Shown: in pieces, positions 49,238-59,506 of the stretch
How positions within the stretch are numbered: position 1 is the stretch's first letter
Layout: the number at the start of each line of letters is the position of its first letter
Source: Vulcanimicrobiota bacterium
GTDB lineage: Bacteria; Vulcanimicrobiota; Vulcanimicrobiia; Vulcanimicrobiales; Vulcanimicrobiaceae
Reading direction: 5' to 3'
DNA: 64,000 nucleotides
Assembly (NCBI GenBank): GCA_963723515.1
Contig: CAVRQT010000003.1
Coordinates: forward strand, 896,001-960,000
Made by a program: the position numbers and the translations under genes
Notes under the pieces: model-generated
What the model saw: the letters and a program-made list of their open reading frames with translations, nothing else
What the model was told of the DNA's origin: nothing
Databases searched by the model: none

Positions 49238-50095
49238 ATGACTGAGATTCGCAAAGTCGGTGTATGCGGCGCCGGTTTGATGGGCAACGGCATTGCACAG
49301 ACCTGCGCCGTCGGCGGGTTCGACGTCAAGTTGATGGAGATCGCCGACGGGCCGTTGCAAAAAGGCATGGCGAGCATCGCGAAATCGCTTGAGAAGTTGG
49401 TCGAGCGGCAGAAACTCTCAGCGAGCGACCGCGATGCCGCATACGCGCGCATCACGACGACGACCGCATTAAACGACCTTAAGGATTGCGATCTGGTCAT
49501 CGAAGCGATCGTCGAGAACGTCCACGCGAAGACGAAACTCTTCAAGCAACTGGACGATCTCTTAGCGCCCCAAGCCATCATCTGCTCCAATACCTCGAGC
49601 CTTTGCATCATCGAAATCGCCGCTGCCACGACGCGGCCGGACCGGGTGGCTGGGTTGCACTTCTTCAACCCCGTGCCGATTATGAAGCTCGTCGAAATCG
49701 TCAGGACAATTGCAACGAGCGAGCAGACAGTTGACACGCTTTACGAGTTTGCACGCCGGCTCAGAAAGGAGCCGGTTCTCGCCAAAGATACGCCCGGCTT
49801 CATCGTTAATCGCCTGCTGGTGCCGTACTTACTGTATGCGATTCGGGTTTATGAGGACGGGCTTGCGACTCGTGAAGACATCGACAAAGGCATGAAGCTC
49901 GGTTGCGGCTATCCTATGGGTCCGCTGGAGTTGCTCGATTTCGTGGGCCTCGATACGACGTACTATATCGCGCAAATTATGTTCGATGAGTTCAAAGATC
50001 CGATGATGGCGCCGCCGACGCTTCTCAAGCGCATGGTTCTTGCGGGTCAATACGGTCGAAAGTCCGGGAAAGGGTTCTATGACTACGGCGCCTAG
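49238..50095 (+). CDS. hbd: 3-hydroxybutyryl-CoA dehydrogenase
   Basis: GAGLMGNGIA, IEAIVE, SNTSS, LHFFNP, PMGPLEL.D.VGLD. Confidence 0.92.
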   Translation: MTEIRKVGVCGAGLMGNGIAQTCAVGGFDVKLMEIADGPLQKGMASIAKSLEKLVERQKLSASDRDAAYARITTTTALNDLKDCDLVIEAIVENVHAKTKLFKQLDDLLAPQAIICSNTSSLCIIEIAAATTRPDRVAGLHFFNPVPIMKLVEIVRTIATSEQTVDTLYEFARRLRKEPVLAKDTPGFIVNRLLVPYLLYAIRVYEDGLATREDIDKGMKLGCGYPMGPLELLDFVGLDTTYYIAQIMFDEFKDPMMAPPTLLKRMVLAGQYGRKSGKGFYDYGA

Positions 50096-50888
50096 CGTTA
50101 CGGCGTTTGAGACGATCCTGCTCGATCGAAGTAGCGAGCACGTCGCAACCGTTACCCTAAACCGGCCGAAGGTGCTCAACGCGTTGAATGCGCAGCTGCT
50201 TGCGGAATTGCGTGCAGCGTTAGAGCAACTCGATAGTGACGAGCAGATTCGCGCGATCGTTATGACCGGCAGCGGAGATCGCGCCTTCGCCGCGGGCGCG
50301 GATATCGGCGAGCTGAACGCCATCGAAGATGCGCTCGAGGGCGCGCGCAAAGCGAAGATCGGGCAAGAAGTGACGCTCTTCATCGAGCGCATGCGAACGC
50401 CGGTGATCATGGCAGTCAATGGATTTGCGCTCGGTGGCGGATGCGAACTCGCAATGGCCGGCGACATTCGTATCGCAAGCGAAAGCGCGAAGTTCGGCCA
50501 GCCGGAAGTCAATCTCGGATTGATTCCCGGCTACGGAGGAACGCAGCGCACCACGCGGTTAGTCGGCAAAGGCTATGCGAAATTTCTTTGCTTGAGCGGC
50601 GATACGATCGACGCCCAAACAGCGCTTCAGGTGGGGCTCGTTGAACGCGTCGTTCGCCATGAGGATCTGATGGTCGCGGCGCTCAAGCTAGCGGAAACAA
50701 TCGCCTCGAAAGCACCGCTTGCGATTCAGGCGTGCAAAGCCGCGATCAACGAAGGCGCAAACATGTCGCTTTCTGAGGCACTGTCATTAGAAGCGCTGAC
50801 CTTCGGCACGCTGGTGACGACGGAAGATTTTCGCGAAGGCACGCGCGCGTTTCTCGAAAAGCGCCCTGCCAATTGGAAAAGCAAGTAG
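50079..50888 (+). CDS. Enoyl-CoA hydratase (crotonase)
   Basis: LNRP..LNALN, FAAGADI, ALGGGCEL, GQPEVNLG. Confidence 0.92.
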   Translation: MTTAPSVTAFETILLDRSSEHVATVTLNRPKVLNALNAQLLAELRAALEQLDSDEQIRAIVMTGSGDRAFAAGADIGELNAIEDALEGARKAKIGQEVTLFIERMRTPVIMAVNGFALGGGCELAMAGDIRIASESAKFGQPEVNLGLIPGYGGTQRTTRLVGKGYAKFLCLSGDTIDAQTALQVGLVERVVRHEDLMVAALKLAETIASKAPLAIQACKAAINEGANMSLSEALSLEALTFGTLVTTEDFREGTRAFLEKRPANWKSK

Positions 50889-50936
50889 CCGGCCCACTGT
50901 ATCGCGGTGAAATAGGAACGCGGTCACGCCTCACGG

Positions 50937-51109
50937 CACGCTGATCTTGTTACTCTGTCACGCTGATCTTGTTACTCTGTCACGCTGAGCTCGTCGAAGC
51001 GCCGCAGAAGACGTGCGGGGCAAGATGCTTGCTTACCACGCCAGTCGCGATGACGGTTGCCCTTCGACCCTTCGACGCCGCTCAGGGCAGGCTGAGCTCA
51101 GGGTGACAG
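50937..51109. repeat. REP-like cluster between convergent genes: tandem 22-bp units plus a nested inverted copy
   Basis: CACGCTGATCTTGTTACTCTGT x2 then CACGCTGAGCTCGTCGAAGCG; CCCTTCGAC[CCTTCGACGCCGCTCAGGGCAGGC]TGAGCTCAGGGTGACAG. Confidence 0.85.
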
Positions 51110-51134
51110 GCTACAGAAGCCCAGACACACTGCT

Positions 51135-51683
51135 TTAGTTGCGCGTTAGTTGTGACTCTGCGTTGGCCATGTTCAAGCTGATCGCCGGATTCAAACCAGG
51201 CCACATTGCGCGAACGCGGCTGCGCGGATCGACGACGACCATGGTTGGAAGTCCGATGACGCCGAACCACGCCGCCGCTAATTGATCGCGGTCGAGCGCC
51301 ACGCTTTGCAATCCAAGCTCTTGCGCAAAGCGTGACGCGGCTTGCGGCGTTTCGCCGACATCGACGGGAACCACGTCGACTTCCGGATGCCCCCGCGCAA
51401 AGCGCTCAACGATGGGCAATGAAAGCCGGCACGGCTGGCACCACGACGCATAAAAATCCAAGAAGACCACGCGCCCGTGATGGTCCGCGAGTGCAAAGGA
51501 CTTACCATCAAGCGTCTTCAGAACGACCTGCGGCGCCGGTCGTGCGGCAGCCATCGGCATGGCGCGCGGCGCAACAAGCAACTTCCACACAACGAAAACA
51601 ATGACGAGCGCCGCGAGCATATCCCAAATGCGCGCAGTCTGTCGCCACCACGACCGTTTAGTTGGCGGAGAAGATTGCTGCAA
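51135..51683 (-). CDS. TlpA/ResA-like membrane-anchored thioredoxin
   Basis: TM anchor, FYASWCQPC, GLPT.VVVD. Confidence 0.85.
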   Translation of the reverse strand: MQQSSPPTKRSWWRQTARIWDMLAALVIVFVVWKLLVAPRAMPMAAARPAPQVVLKTLDGKSFALADHHGRVVFLDFYASWCQPCRLSLPIVERFARGHPEVDVVPVDVGETPQAASRFAQELGLQSVALDRDQLAAAWFGVIGLPTMVVVDPRSRVRAMWPGLNPAISLNMANAESQLTRN

Positions 51684-52890
51684 TTCCTTGTCCGCCACCG
51701 ATGCAGGCGGAAGCGATGCCATAGCCGCCGCCATTCCGGCGCAGATCGTGCAACGTCGTTAACGCTAAGCGCGCTCCAGACGCCCCAAGAGGATGTCCAA
51801 GCGAAATTGCGCCGCCGTGCGGATTTAAACGCATGCCTAACTTTCCCGATTCTTTCGCACGCTTGAGGATCGATGGCGACATCTCTTCCAAACACGCGAG
51901 CACTTGCGGAGCGAAGGCTTCATTGATCTCTATAACGTTTAACTCGTTTTGCGCAAGCCCAGCGCGCTGAAGCGCACGAGGAATCGCATACGCCGGACCG
52001 ATGCCCATAATGTCGGGATCGACGCCCACGACGCTGCCTGTCACAAGCGTGCCGAGCCATTCAATTCCATCGGCTTCGGCCTGCTTGCGCGTCGTCAGAA
52101 CGACGGCGGCCGCGCCATCGGTAATTCCACTCGCGTTGCCGGGGGTCACGACCCCGCCTTTCTTAAAGCGCGCCGGCAAGTTCGCCAAGCGCTCCATCGT
52201 CAGACCGGATCGCGGCCCTTCATCACGGTCCACAACCGTCTGCTTTCCTTTCGGTCCTGGAATCGTTAGCGGCTCGATCTCCTCGGCAAAGAAGCCGTCT
52301 TGCTGCGCCGCAACCGCATTCTCTTGGCTGCGCAACGCGAACTCATCGGACTCTTCTCGGGAAATGTGATAGCGCTCGGCAAGGTTTTCAGCGGTGATCG
52401 CCATCGGCAAGTTGTTGTATGAATCGGTCAGCGCTTCCCACAGCGAGTCTTCGAGCTTGCCGTCGCCGAGTGCAAGTCCCTTACGTGCGCCCCGAATCAC
52501 ATGCGGCGCTTGACTCATCGACTCGGCGCCGCCCGCAAGTGCGTACGTCGATTGTCGCAGCAAGAGCGAATTCGCTGCGGTCAGAATCGCTTGCAACCCG
52601 CTTCCGCACAGCCGATTCAGGGTCAGCGCAGGCGTTTCGATCGGGATGCCGCATCGCAGTCCGACGTGGCGCGCAAGGTAGATAGCGTCGGCGCTCGTCT
52701 GCATGACGTTTCCGAAAACGATGTCGTCGATTCGGTCCGCCGGAATCCGACTGCGCTCGATCGCTGCTTGAGCAGCGTGTGCCGCGAGATCCGTCGCGGT
52801 TAACTCCGACAGGACGCCGTTGAAATTGCCGAACGGCGTGCGCGCTCCAGCGACGACGACAACTTGATCTTGGCTGTGATTGTCCCTCAA
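51658..52890 (-). CDS. Acetyl-CoA C-acyltransferase (thiolase)
   Basis: NRLCGSG, EINEAFA, GHPLGASG, CIGGGQG. AAAGGAAG before TTG. Confidence 0.93.
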   Translation of the reverse strand: MRDNHSQDQVVVVAGARTPFGNFNGVLSELTATDLAAHAAQAAIERSRIPADRIDDIVFGNVMQTSADAIYLARHVGLRCGIPIETPALTLNRLCGSGLQAILTAANSLLLRQSTYALAGGAESMSQAPHVIRGARKGLALGDGKLEDSLWEALTDSYNNLPMAITAENLAERYHISREESDEFALRSQENAVAAQQDGFFAEEIEPLTIPGPKGKQTVVDRDEGPRSGLTMERLANLPARFKKGGVVTPGNASGITDGAAAVVLTTRKQAEADGIEWLGTLVTGSVVGVDPDIMGIGPAYAIPRALQRAGLAQNELNVIEINEAFAPQVLACLEEMSPSILKRAKESGKLGMRLNPHGGAISLGHPLGASGARLALTTLHDLRRNGGGYGIASACIGGGQGIAAIFSAN

Positions 52891-52948
52891 TGTCTTCCTT
52901 TCAATCAGCGGGGAGGCAACGAGCGGCGGGTTTCCGTATGAGGACCGC

Positions 52949-53896
52949 ATGCGGCCCGCGCGTCCTGCAGCGATCACTCTTGACGCTCGATCGCTTTCGC
53001 CTGCCACGAAGACGGCTCAGATTCTGGAGGCGTTCGACCGTCTAGGCGTTGGAACGTTCCTAGAAATCAACGAAGAGAGCGACCCACGCGCGCTCCGTAA
53101 TGAGATGACCCAAGTTCGGCCCGGAAGGTTTTCGTGGGACGCGCGGAACCTCGGCGCCGGCCGCTGGAGCGTACGGCTGGAGCGCATTGACGAGGCGGCG
53201 CAAGGCGAGCGGTTCTTAGAACATGTCCCGCCATTCGCCTCAGCAAAGGCATCGACGTTGCGCGAGCTCTCCGCTCAACTCAGCGAACGATCGTACAAGA
53301 CCGGCGAGACGATCTTCGACGAAGGGGAGCTGTGGCCGTATCTCGGCATCGTCAAGAGCGGCAAGATCATCTACACCCTGCTCTCGCCCGACGGAAAGAC
53401 GCACACGCTCGGCGAGCGACTGACGCACGACACGTTAAACGAGAGCGGCACGTTCGATGGCGGCGGCGCAACGACGCGCGCTGAAGCCCTCACCGATACG
53501 ACGATCGTCACGTTGCCGAGCGAAGCGGTTTTGCACGCTGCTCGAAACGATAGCGAGCTCGCACTGGGCTTTCTACAGGCCGCGTCCCAAGCGCGCCGCC
53601 GCTCGGTCGACACGATCGCCGACCTTGCGTTTGCGCACGTCTTGCAACGCGTGGCAAAGTTCTTGCTTGGCTACGCCCCCGCATCCGTCGGCATGGCGAA
53701 AGGCTTGCCGGGCGTCGAGAATCTTTCGCAAGCGCAGATTGCTGCTGCAGCCGGGACCGTCCGCGACATGGCAGCGCGCGCGCTTTTGCGTTTAAAGAAT
53801 GCCGGGGCCGTTGAACTCGATCGCGGTCGGGTTCAGGCTATCGATCGTGCTCGGCTCGAAGCCTTTGCGCACAACGTGCAAGCGCCGCCCGTGTAG
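52949..53896 (+). CDS. DUF2249-like domain fused to a Crp/Fnr family regulator
   Basis: N-terminal LDAR.L.P....I..AFD.L..G...DP..L...PGRFSW...W.V, cNMP-like barrel, RVAKFLL, HTH SQAQIAAAAGTVRD. Confidence 0.75.
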   Translation: MRPARPAAITLDARSLSPATKTAQILEAFDRLGVGTFLEINEESDPRALRNEMTQVRPGRFSWDARNLGAGRWSVRLERIDEAAQGERFLEHVPPFASAKASTLRELSAQLSERSYKTGETIFDEGELWPYLGIVKSGKIIYTLLSPDGKTHTLGERLTHDTLNESGTFDGGGATTRAEALTDTTIVTLPSEAVLHAARNDSELALGFLQAASQARRRSVDTIADLAFAHVLQRVAKFLLGYAPASVGMAKGLPGVENLSQAQIAAAAGTVRDMAARALLRLKNAGAVELDRGRVQAIDRARLEAFAHNVQAPPV

Positions 53897-54224
53897 CACG
53901 AGAGCCGACGTAGAGCACCGGCTCGGCGTTGAGGGCGGGGTGCACGTCGACGAGGCGATCCGCCCCTGGATTTGGATCATCAGCGAAGACGTGCACGATT
54001 CCCGGAAAGCGTGAGATGAACGTAAAGAACCCCTGTTCATCCGTATACGTCGATTGCGTGACTTGATTGTTCGCTTCCGCCGTCACGCGAACGCCGCAAA
54101 CGGGCTGATGCGTATTGGCCGCATACACGTACCCGTGCACGACACCGGTATTTGAATCGCCGAACACCGGCGCCGCCGAGCACAGCGTTGCGAGTGCCGT
54201 CAGCATGAGCGCGCGAGCTACCAT
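53838..54224 (-). CDS. Secreted carboxypeptidase-regulatory-like domain protein
   Basis: Signal peptide, G.VHG.V...PV.GV.V...TYTDEQGFF. Confidence 0.6.
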   Translation of the reverse strand: MVARALMLTALATLCSAAPVFGDSNTGVVHGYVYAANTHQPVCGVRVTAEANNQVTQSTYTDEQGFFTFISRFPGIVHVFADDPNPGADRLVDVHPALNAEPVLYVGSRATRAALARCAQRLRAEHDR

Positions 54225-54225
54225 C

Positions 54226-55260
54226 TCACTTTTCCTTTCCGACCATTGAAACGCTTCGGCCGCCTCTTTGGTGACGGGCGCTTGCCTCAACATTCAGCGC
54301 GCGCAATGCATCGTTAAATGTATGCACCGGGACGACTTTAATGCCGGCAACATGGGCAATTTCCGCGAAGTTCTCGCGCGGAACGAAGAACAGTTCGGCC
54401 TGCGCTCGCCGCGCCGCGATCAATTTCTGCGTTGCGCCTTCGATCGGTCCAACGGTTCCGTCGTAAGAAATCGTCCCCGTTCCCGCAATGCGATCGATCC
54501 CGAGCGGCGGTTGATCATGCAGCGTACGGTAGATCGCAAGCGCGAACATCAATCCGCCCGAGCTTCCGGAAACGTTGAAATGGCGGTACTGCACCGGAAT
54601 AGGCAGCTTCGGCGGATCGAATTCGGGCAGCAGCAAGATGCCGAGGCGCGTCTTGCCCTTCATCGCTATCGTGGCAAAGGCGCCGCCGTGAACGATTCGA
54701 TCCCGACGGTAGACGACGTGAACGACGGTTCCAGGTTTGCGTTTAAAGAGCAGGTTCATGATGTCGAATGTGCTGCGCACGAATTTTCCATCGATGGAAC
54801 GAATGACGTCGCCCGGCTCAAGAACACCGCGTGCGTGCGAGAGCGAGAGCACCTGGAAGACCACGACAAGCGATTTCGGCGTTGGAACGTGTAAATGGGC
54901 CGCGCGCTCCGCGACAAAGGCAGCAATCGCTTGACTTTCGTCCATCGCGCGCCGCATCCGCCCTTCGAATTGCGGTGCCGTTTCATCGCGCGAAATCACC
55001 TCATCACGGCGCAAGACGCGCGTTCCGGGCAGCAATCCCGCGAGCAGCATGACGGGCGTCGTTCTGGTTTGCAGCGTCACGTCGGTCAGATAAAAATGTT
55101 GCGGCGGCCAGGCGTGTCCCAGCACCGTCACGACCCCACGCAAATCGACGGCCGACCCAGGCATGATCAGCGCGTAGGGCGTCGGCACAAATGATAATGC
55201 GGCCGCCAAGAAGGCGGCCGCAGCATAAAACGCGACGCGACGGCGGGTCGGGAAGCGCAC
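54226..55260 (-). CDS. PDZ plus Lon-like S16 protease (YlbL/SepM family)
   Basis: PGSA.D, PDZ LEPGDVI..IDG, SGSSGGLMFAL, AGTGTI..DGTVGPIEG..QK. Confidence 0.85.
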   Translation of the reverse strand: MRFPTRRRVAFYAAAAFLAAALSFVPTPYALIMPGSAVDLRGVVTVLGHAWPPQHFYLTDVTLQTRTTPVMLLAGLLPGTRVLRRDEVISRDETAPQFEGRMRRAMDESQAIAAFVAERAAHLHVPTPKSLVVVFQVLSLSHARGVLEPGDVIRSIDGKFVRSTFDIMNLLFKRKPGTVVHVVYRRDRIVHGGAFATIAMKGKTRLGILLLPEFDPPKLPIPVQYRHFNVSGSSGGLMFALAIYRTLHDQPPLGIDRIAGTGTISYDGTVGPIEGATQKLIAARRAQAELFFVPRENFAEIAHVAGIKVVPVHTFNDALRALNVEASARHQRGGRSVSMVGKEK

Positions 55261-55261
55261 G

Positions 55262-55822
55262 CTATTTTTTGACGAGTTCGGCCGAATCCAACGTTGCAGT
55301 CTCTTCAGCCGCTTGCGAATCGAAAGCCGCACGCTTGCTCTTCGCCGCGGCTTCAGCAAGCGGTGAGGGTGCGGCTGCAGCAGGCCGCGAGGTGAGTGTT
55401 TCACGACCTTTACGCACGGAACCAAGTGCGTTTGCGAGGCGCGCTTCAAGTTCGGCTAACATGTGCCCGGCGTATTCGTCCGCGCCGGCACGAACCTTAT
55501 CCGCTCGCACTTCTGCTTCACGCAAAACCGTTTCGGCGGTGGCGCGCGCACGCTGCACGATCTCGTGTTGATCGAGAAGCTGCTCGTGCGTCGAACTTGC
55601 TTCGGTTACAATCGCTTGCGCCTTCTCATGCGCGGCGCGAATCATTCGGTCTTGCCCTTTGGCGATCGTCTTCGCCCGACCGACTTCCTCGGGCAGGCTC
55701 GAACGGATCTTCTCAACGAACTCGACGAGGCGTTCCTCGCTTAGAATGCGATAGCCGGCCGGCAGCCACGTACCTTCATGAACGTACGATTCGAGCTTAT
55801 CGAGAACGCGGTAGACGGACAT
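55262..55822 (-). CDS. Conserved coiled-coil protein (DivIVA/ATPase-subunit-like) downstream of coaD
   Basis: LDKLE, IRSSLPEEV..A, GADEYA, conserved rsmD-coaD synteny. Confidence 0.7.
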   Translation of the reverse strand: MSVYRVLDKLESYVHEGTWLPAGYRILSEERLVEFVEKIRSSLPEEVGRAKTIAKGQDRMIRAAHEKAQAIVTEASSTHEQLLDQHEIVQRARATAETVLREAEVRADKVRAGADEYAGHMLAELEARLANALGSVRKGRETLTSRPAAAAPSPLAEAAAKSKRAAFDSQAAEETATLDSAELVKK

Positions 55823-55835
55823 GAGCAACCTCCTG

Positions 55836-56351
55836 TTACGTTGAGCCGCGCAGCAGTGCGCGCTTCTTGGACATAAAGCGCATCACCGGTTCGGGGACAA
55901 GCGCCGCGGCGTCGCCTCCCAAAAAGAATACTTCCTTTACGATGCTGGAGCTGACGAATGAGTACTTTTGATCGGACATGAGGAACATCGTATCCACATC
56001 CGAGAGAGCGCGGTTCATCAGCGCTGTGGACATTTCACTCTCGAAGTCGGAGACGACGCGCAACCCTTTGATGATCACATCGGCTTTCTTCGCCTTGACG
56101 TAGTCGGCGAGCAGACCGCTGAATTCTTCGACCGTGACATTGGGAATGTGGGCGACGGATTCGGCGATCATCGCCTTGCGCTCTTCCAGATCGAACATCG
56201 GCTCTCGTTTTTGCGGGTTGAGCACGACGGCGACGGTCAATTCTGAGAAGATTCTTGCAGCGCGCACGATGACATCAAGATGGCCGTTGGTGGGGGGATC
56301 GAACGAGCCCGGATAGACGGCTCTCGGCGAACGCACCACACCATTCTTCAA
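55836..56351 (-). CDS. coaD: Pantetheine-phosphate adenylyltransferase
   Basis: YPGSFDPPTNGH, KGLR..SDFE, VSSSIVKE. Confidence 0.95.
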   Translation of the reverse strand: MKNGVVRSPRAVYPGSFDPPTNGHLDVIVRAARIFSELTVAVVLNPQKREPMFDLEERKAMIAESVAHIPNVTVEEFSGLLADYVKAKKADVIIKGLRVVSDFESEMSTALMNRALSDVDTMFLMSDQKYSFVSSSIVKEVFFLGGDAAALVPEPVMRFMSKKRALLRGST

Positions 56352-56357
56352 CGCGCG

Positions 56358-56920
56358 CTACCCTGGCACAACTTCGAAGAACGCGAGCGCCACATCGCCA
56401 TAGACTTCTTCGCGCGTGCAGCGGTACCCCGGTATTTCCGGCAGGATCATGCGCGCGCTGTGCTCGAGAATAATCAGCGCATTATTTGCGGGGATCTTGC
56501 GCTCGCGCAGCAGTTCAAACATCCGCAGCGGAACCTCGTTGGCGTATGGTGGATCGGCAAAGACGAGATCGAACGGTCCCTCTAAGCGATACAGCGCGCG
56601 ATCGACGGGTGCTGCAACAACGGTCACTTTGCGCGCGATGCCGAGCGTTTGAGCGCTTTCTTCGATCGCTTGCGCAGTTTCGCGATGTCCTTCAACGATC
56701 GTGACGGATTTTGCGCCGCGCGAAGCTGCCTCGAACCCGATTGCCCCCGTGCCGGCGTAGAGGTCGAGAAATCGCGAGCCTTCAAGTCGCGGCGCGAGAA
56801 TCGAAAAGAGCGCCTCTTTGACGCGTCCCGGCGTCGGGCGGATGTTCGGACCTTTCGGAGACGAAACTTTTCGGCTGCGCAACTCTCCCCCGGTAATTTT
56901 TATTTTGAACGGCGCTCCAC
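56358..56920 (-). CDS. rsmD: 16S rRNA (guanine966-N2)-methyltransferase (5' homopolymer indel likely)
   Basis: ITGG..R, RPT..RVKEALF, LDLYAGTG, EAASRGA, DPPY. Confidence 0.93.
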
Positions 56921-56932
56921 TTGGCGCCCCGA

Positions 56933-57022
56933 AGTAGTCCCAGTGTCACATTGAGCTTGTCGAAGTATGACAATGGCACTTACGTCACATTTCGACGAGC
57001 TCAATGTGACACTGGGACTACT
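56933..57022. repeat. Inverted REP-like doublet with 39-bp arms
   Basis: AGTAGTCCCAGTGTCACATTGAGCTTGTCGAAG... versus ...TTCGACGAGCTCAATGTGACACTGGGACTACT. Outer 24 bp are perfect. Confidence 0.85.
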
Positions 57023-57042
57023 CGTGTAAAGCGAGCATGCTG

Positions 57043-58777
57043 CTAAAAACTCACCGGTTCCATTGGTTCGCGCACCCGATCGACCCACGATGCATCGCCC
57101 AACCATTCGTAGCGGATTGTCGAGTAGGGAACCGTTCCATAAGAAAGCAGCTTGTTGTGAAAGGCACGCAGCGAAAAGTTCTTTCCTTCCCGATCCTTGA
57201 CGAGTCCCAGCAGCGTCTCAATCTCTGTCTTGCCGACGAGATAGTCGATCGCTTGTCCCGGGCCCATCGCAAAACGCGTGCCTTCACCGTATGCGGTGTC
57301 ATGGTCGATGCCGGCGTTGTGGCTGAAGTATTCGATTGCTTGCGGCAGTGACATCTCGCCCGTCGCGAGGCCCACATCAACACCGATGCGCGTTGCGCGA
57401 TGACGCATCAAGTGAATGACCGCGGCCCGGCCTGCGGGGTCGTGCTCGTAAAGACCAGCGCGCATCAGCATCTCTTCACCGTAAAACGCCCAGCCCTCCG
57501 CGAAGACGCCGTCGCCTTGTACATGCCGGATGTAGTCGGGATTGTGGTACGCAATCGAAAACTGCATGAAGTGCCCTGGGATGCCCTCGTGAGCGAGCAC
57601 CGGCAACACCGCCTCGCGCGCCTGCGTGGCGAAGAAGCTCGTATTCTTTGGGTCGTAATCCGGCACGAAATAGAAACCGGTCGGATCTTTATCGAAGACG
57701 CCCGGCGGATTCATGAAGCCGCCTGGGTTTGTCGCCGCCAACGCCTTGGGCAGTTCAACGATCCGAAACGTGCCAAGATAACGGGGGACGTCAACGAGCT
57801 GATGCGCAGTAATGAAGGCGCGCACTCGCGCCGTCTGATTCTCGTAATATCTCAGAAATGCGGCCTTATTGCGAAACGTCGGCTGATGAATGGCGCCCTT
57901 TTCATGACCGGCACGATTGACTTCCCACTGCTCGAGGGCGCGATCGCGGGTCAGTTCCAGCTCGCCGATGTTGCGTACTTGGTCGCTGGTATAAGGCAAG
58001 AGCAGTACGCGTCGCAGATACCAATCGTACTGATCTTTGCCGACCGCAAAACCGCCCTCGTGCCATTGCGCTAAATGCCCGTCAACCCACCGCTTGTAAT
58101 CGTGCAAGGCAGTAAGGGCGTCTGTTTGGGCGTTTTTCAGTTGCGGTCTTGAGGTTTGGTGAAGCGTTTTGCGCCATTGCATCCAGACTCGTCGTAAACA
58201 GCGCATCGCCCGAGGCGATATCTTCTGAAGCCACCTTACCAAATTCGCGTACGGCGTCGGTGAGATTGGCTTTGCCCTCGTCGAGAACGCGGCGGCAGTC
58301 GTGTAGACGCCCGATCGCATCGCGGACGCGCACATTGACGGGTGCAAACGGTTTCTTTATTAAGCTGAAGATGCCGTTGCTGCACTCACCTTCGTAGACG
58401 CTCGGATTGCGTTCGTTGGGTTTGAGAACCGTTTCCGTCCACCACGCACCTTCGATATTGGCACGCAACAGCAGATAGTTCACCTGATCGTGCGCACTCG
58501 CGCCGGCCGGTGGCACGAGACGCGCAAGCTCATCGCGGAAGTCATGCAAGCGCTGGAGGTAATTGAGACGAGCAGCAGGTGAGAAGTCTGCGAGCCTACT
58601 GTCGGCGGTGTGCAATCCGGCATCGGTTGAACCGGCCGGATCGACGCTGTATTCGTAGGTGACGAGGCGGTGCGCCAGGTTCTCTAAGACACTGCCGTAG
58701 TACGGTTGCGACTGCGCGCCGGCCGGCGATGCAAGCATGCCAATGAAAAGCAGGCTGAAAAGCAGTCGCTTGACCAT
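57043..58777 (-). CDS. DUF885 family secreted protein (frameshift near 58135)
   Basis: Signal peptide, HEGIPGHFMQ, FAEGWAFYGE, PGQAIDY..G, F.LRAFH. Confidence 0.85.
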
Positions 58778-58819
58778 CCGCGCGGCTTCTACGTGAGAGG
58801 TTTGAGCCCTGGAGAGACT

Positions 58820-59488
58820 TTACTGCGCGGGCGCGACTATTGGGGGAAGCTGACGCAAATCGGTGATCGCGGCCGTCGGCACCGGCAACTCTTGTGGATA
58901 ACTGCCGCCTTCGTCAACCCAAACAGCACGCAGTCCCGCCTTGATGCTGCCGGCAACGTCGGCGCTCGGATTATCGCCGACGTACCAGGTCGCATCGCGA
59001 GGCGTGCCGAGACGCTCCACGAGCGCTTGAAAGGCGCGAGCATCCGGCTTTTGCGCGCCGATGCGATCGCTGACCAGAACCGGACCCTCAAATCCCACGC
59101 ATTGCGCTTTGCGATCTTGCAGCGGACTCCAGCCATTGCTCAAGATCGCCACCGCAATTTCGGCCGCGCGCAGATCGTGCAACATGTCGCTGAGGCCTGG
59201 CAACGCGACGACGAAATCATCCACGCCTTCGAGCGCAAACTTCTTGAACCGGTCAACATAACGGTCGAAGTGGTCCTGGGCCCCGTGCGCGCGCGCGTAG
59301 CGTTCGATCGCCTCATCGATCGTGAACGCCCCGGAGCGTTGCTTCGCCAGAAGATTGTCGATGTGTTCGGTCTCTTGTGCCAGCGTCAATTCTTGTCGCG
59401 GAAAGACTTCCAGCAGATGCAAGAAGGCGACGCGTTCCAATTTGTTGTCGATCCCAAGCGTGTGGTCAAAATCAAACCCCACGCGCAA
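58820..59488 (-). CDS. HAD-superfamily hydrolase, subfamily IA
   Basis: FDFDHTL, LSNG, KPD, VGDNPSADV.G. Confidence 0.85.
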   Translation of the reverse strand: MRVGFDFDHTLGIDNKLERVAFLHLLEVFPRQELTLAQETEHIDNLLAKQRSGAFTIDEAIERYARAHGAQDHFDRYVDRFKKFALEGVDDFVVALPGLSDMLHDLRAAEIAVAILSNGWSPLQDRKAQCVGFEGPVLVSDRIGAQKPDARAFQALVERLGTPRDATWYVGDNPSADVAGSIKAGLRAVWVDEGGSYPQELPVPTAAITDLRQLPPIVAPAQ

Positions 59489-59506
59489 CGCGCTGCGGGC
59501 CGTTTT

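Noticed and set aside
51830..51890. Roughly 10-aa insert in thiolase (MSPSILKRAKESGKLGMR) as another repeat insertion
   Set aside because: The DNA shows no similarity to either repeat family and no hairpin.
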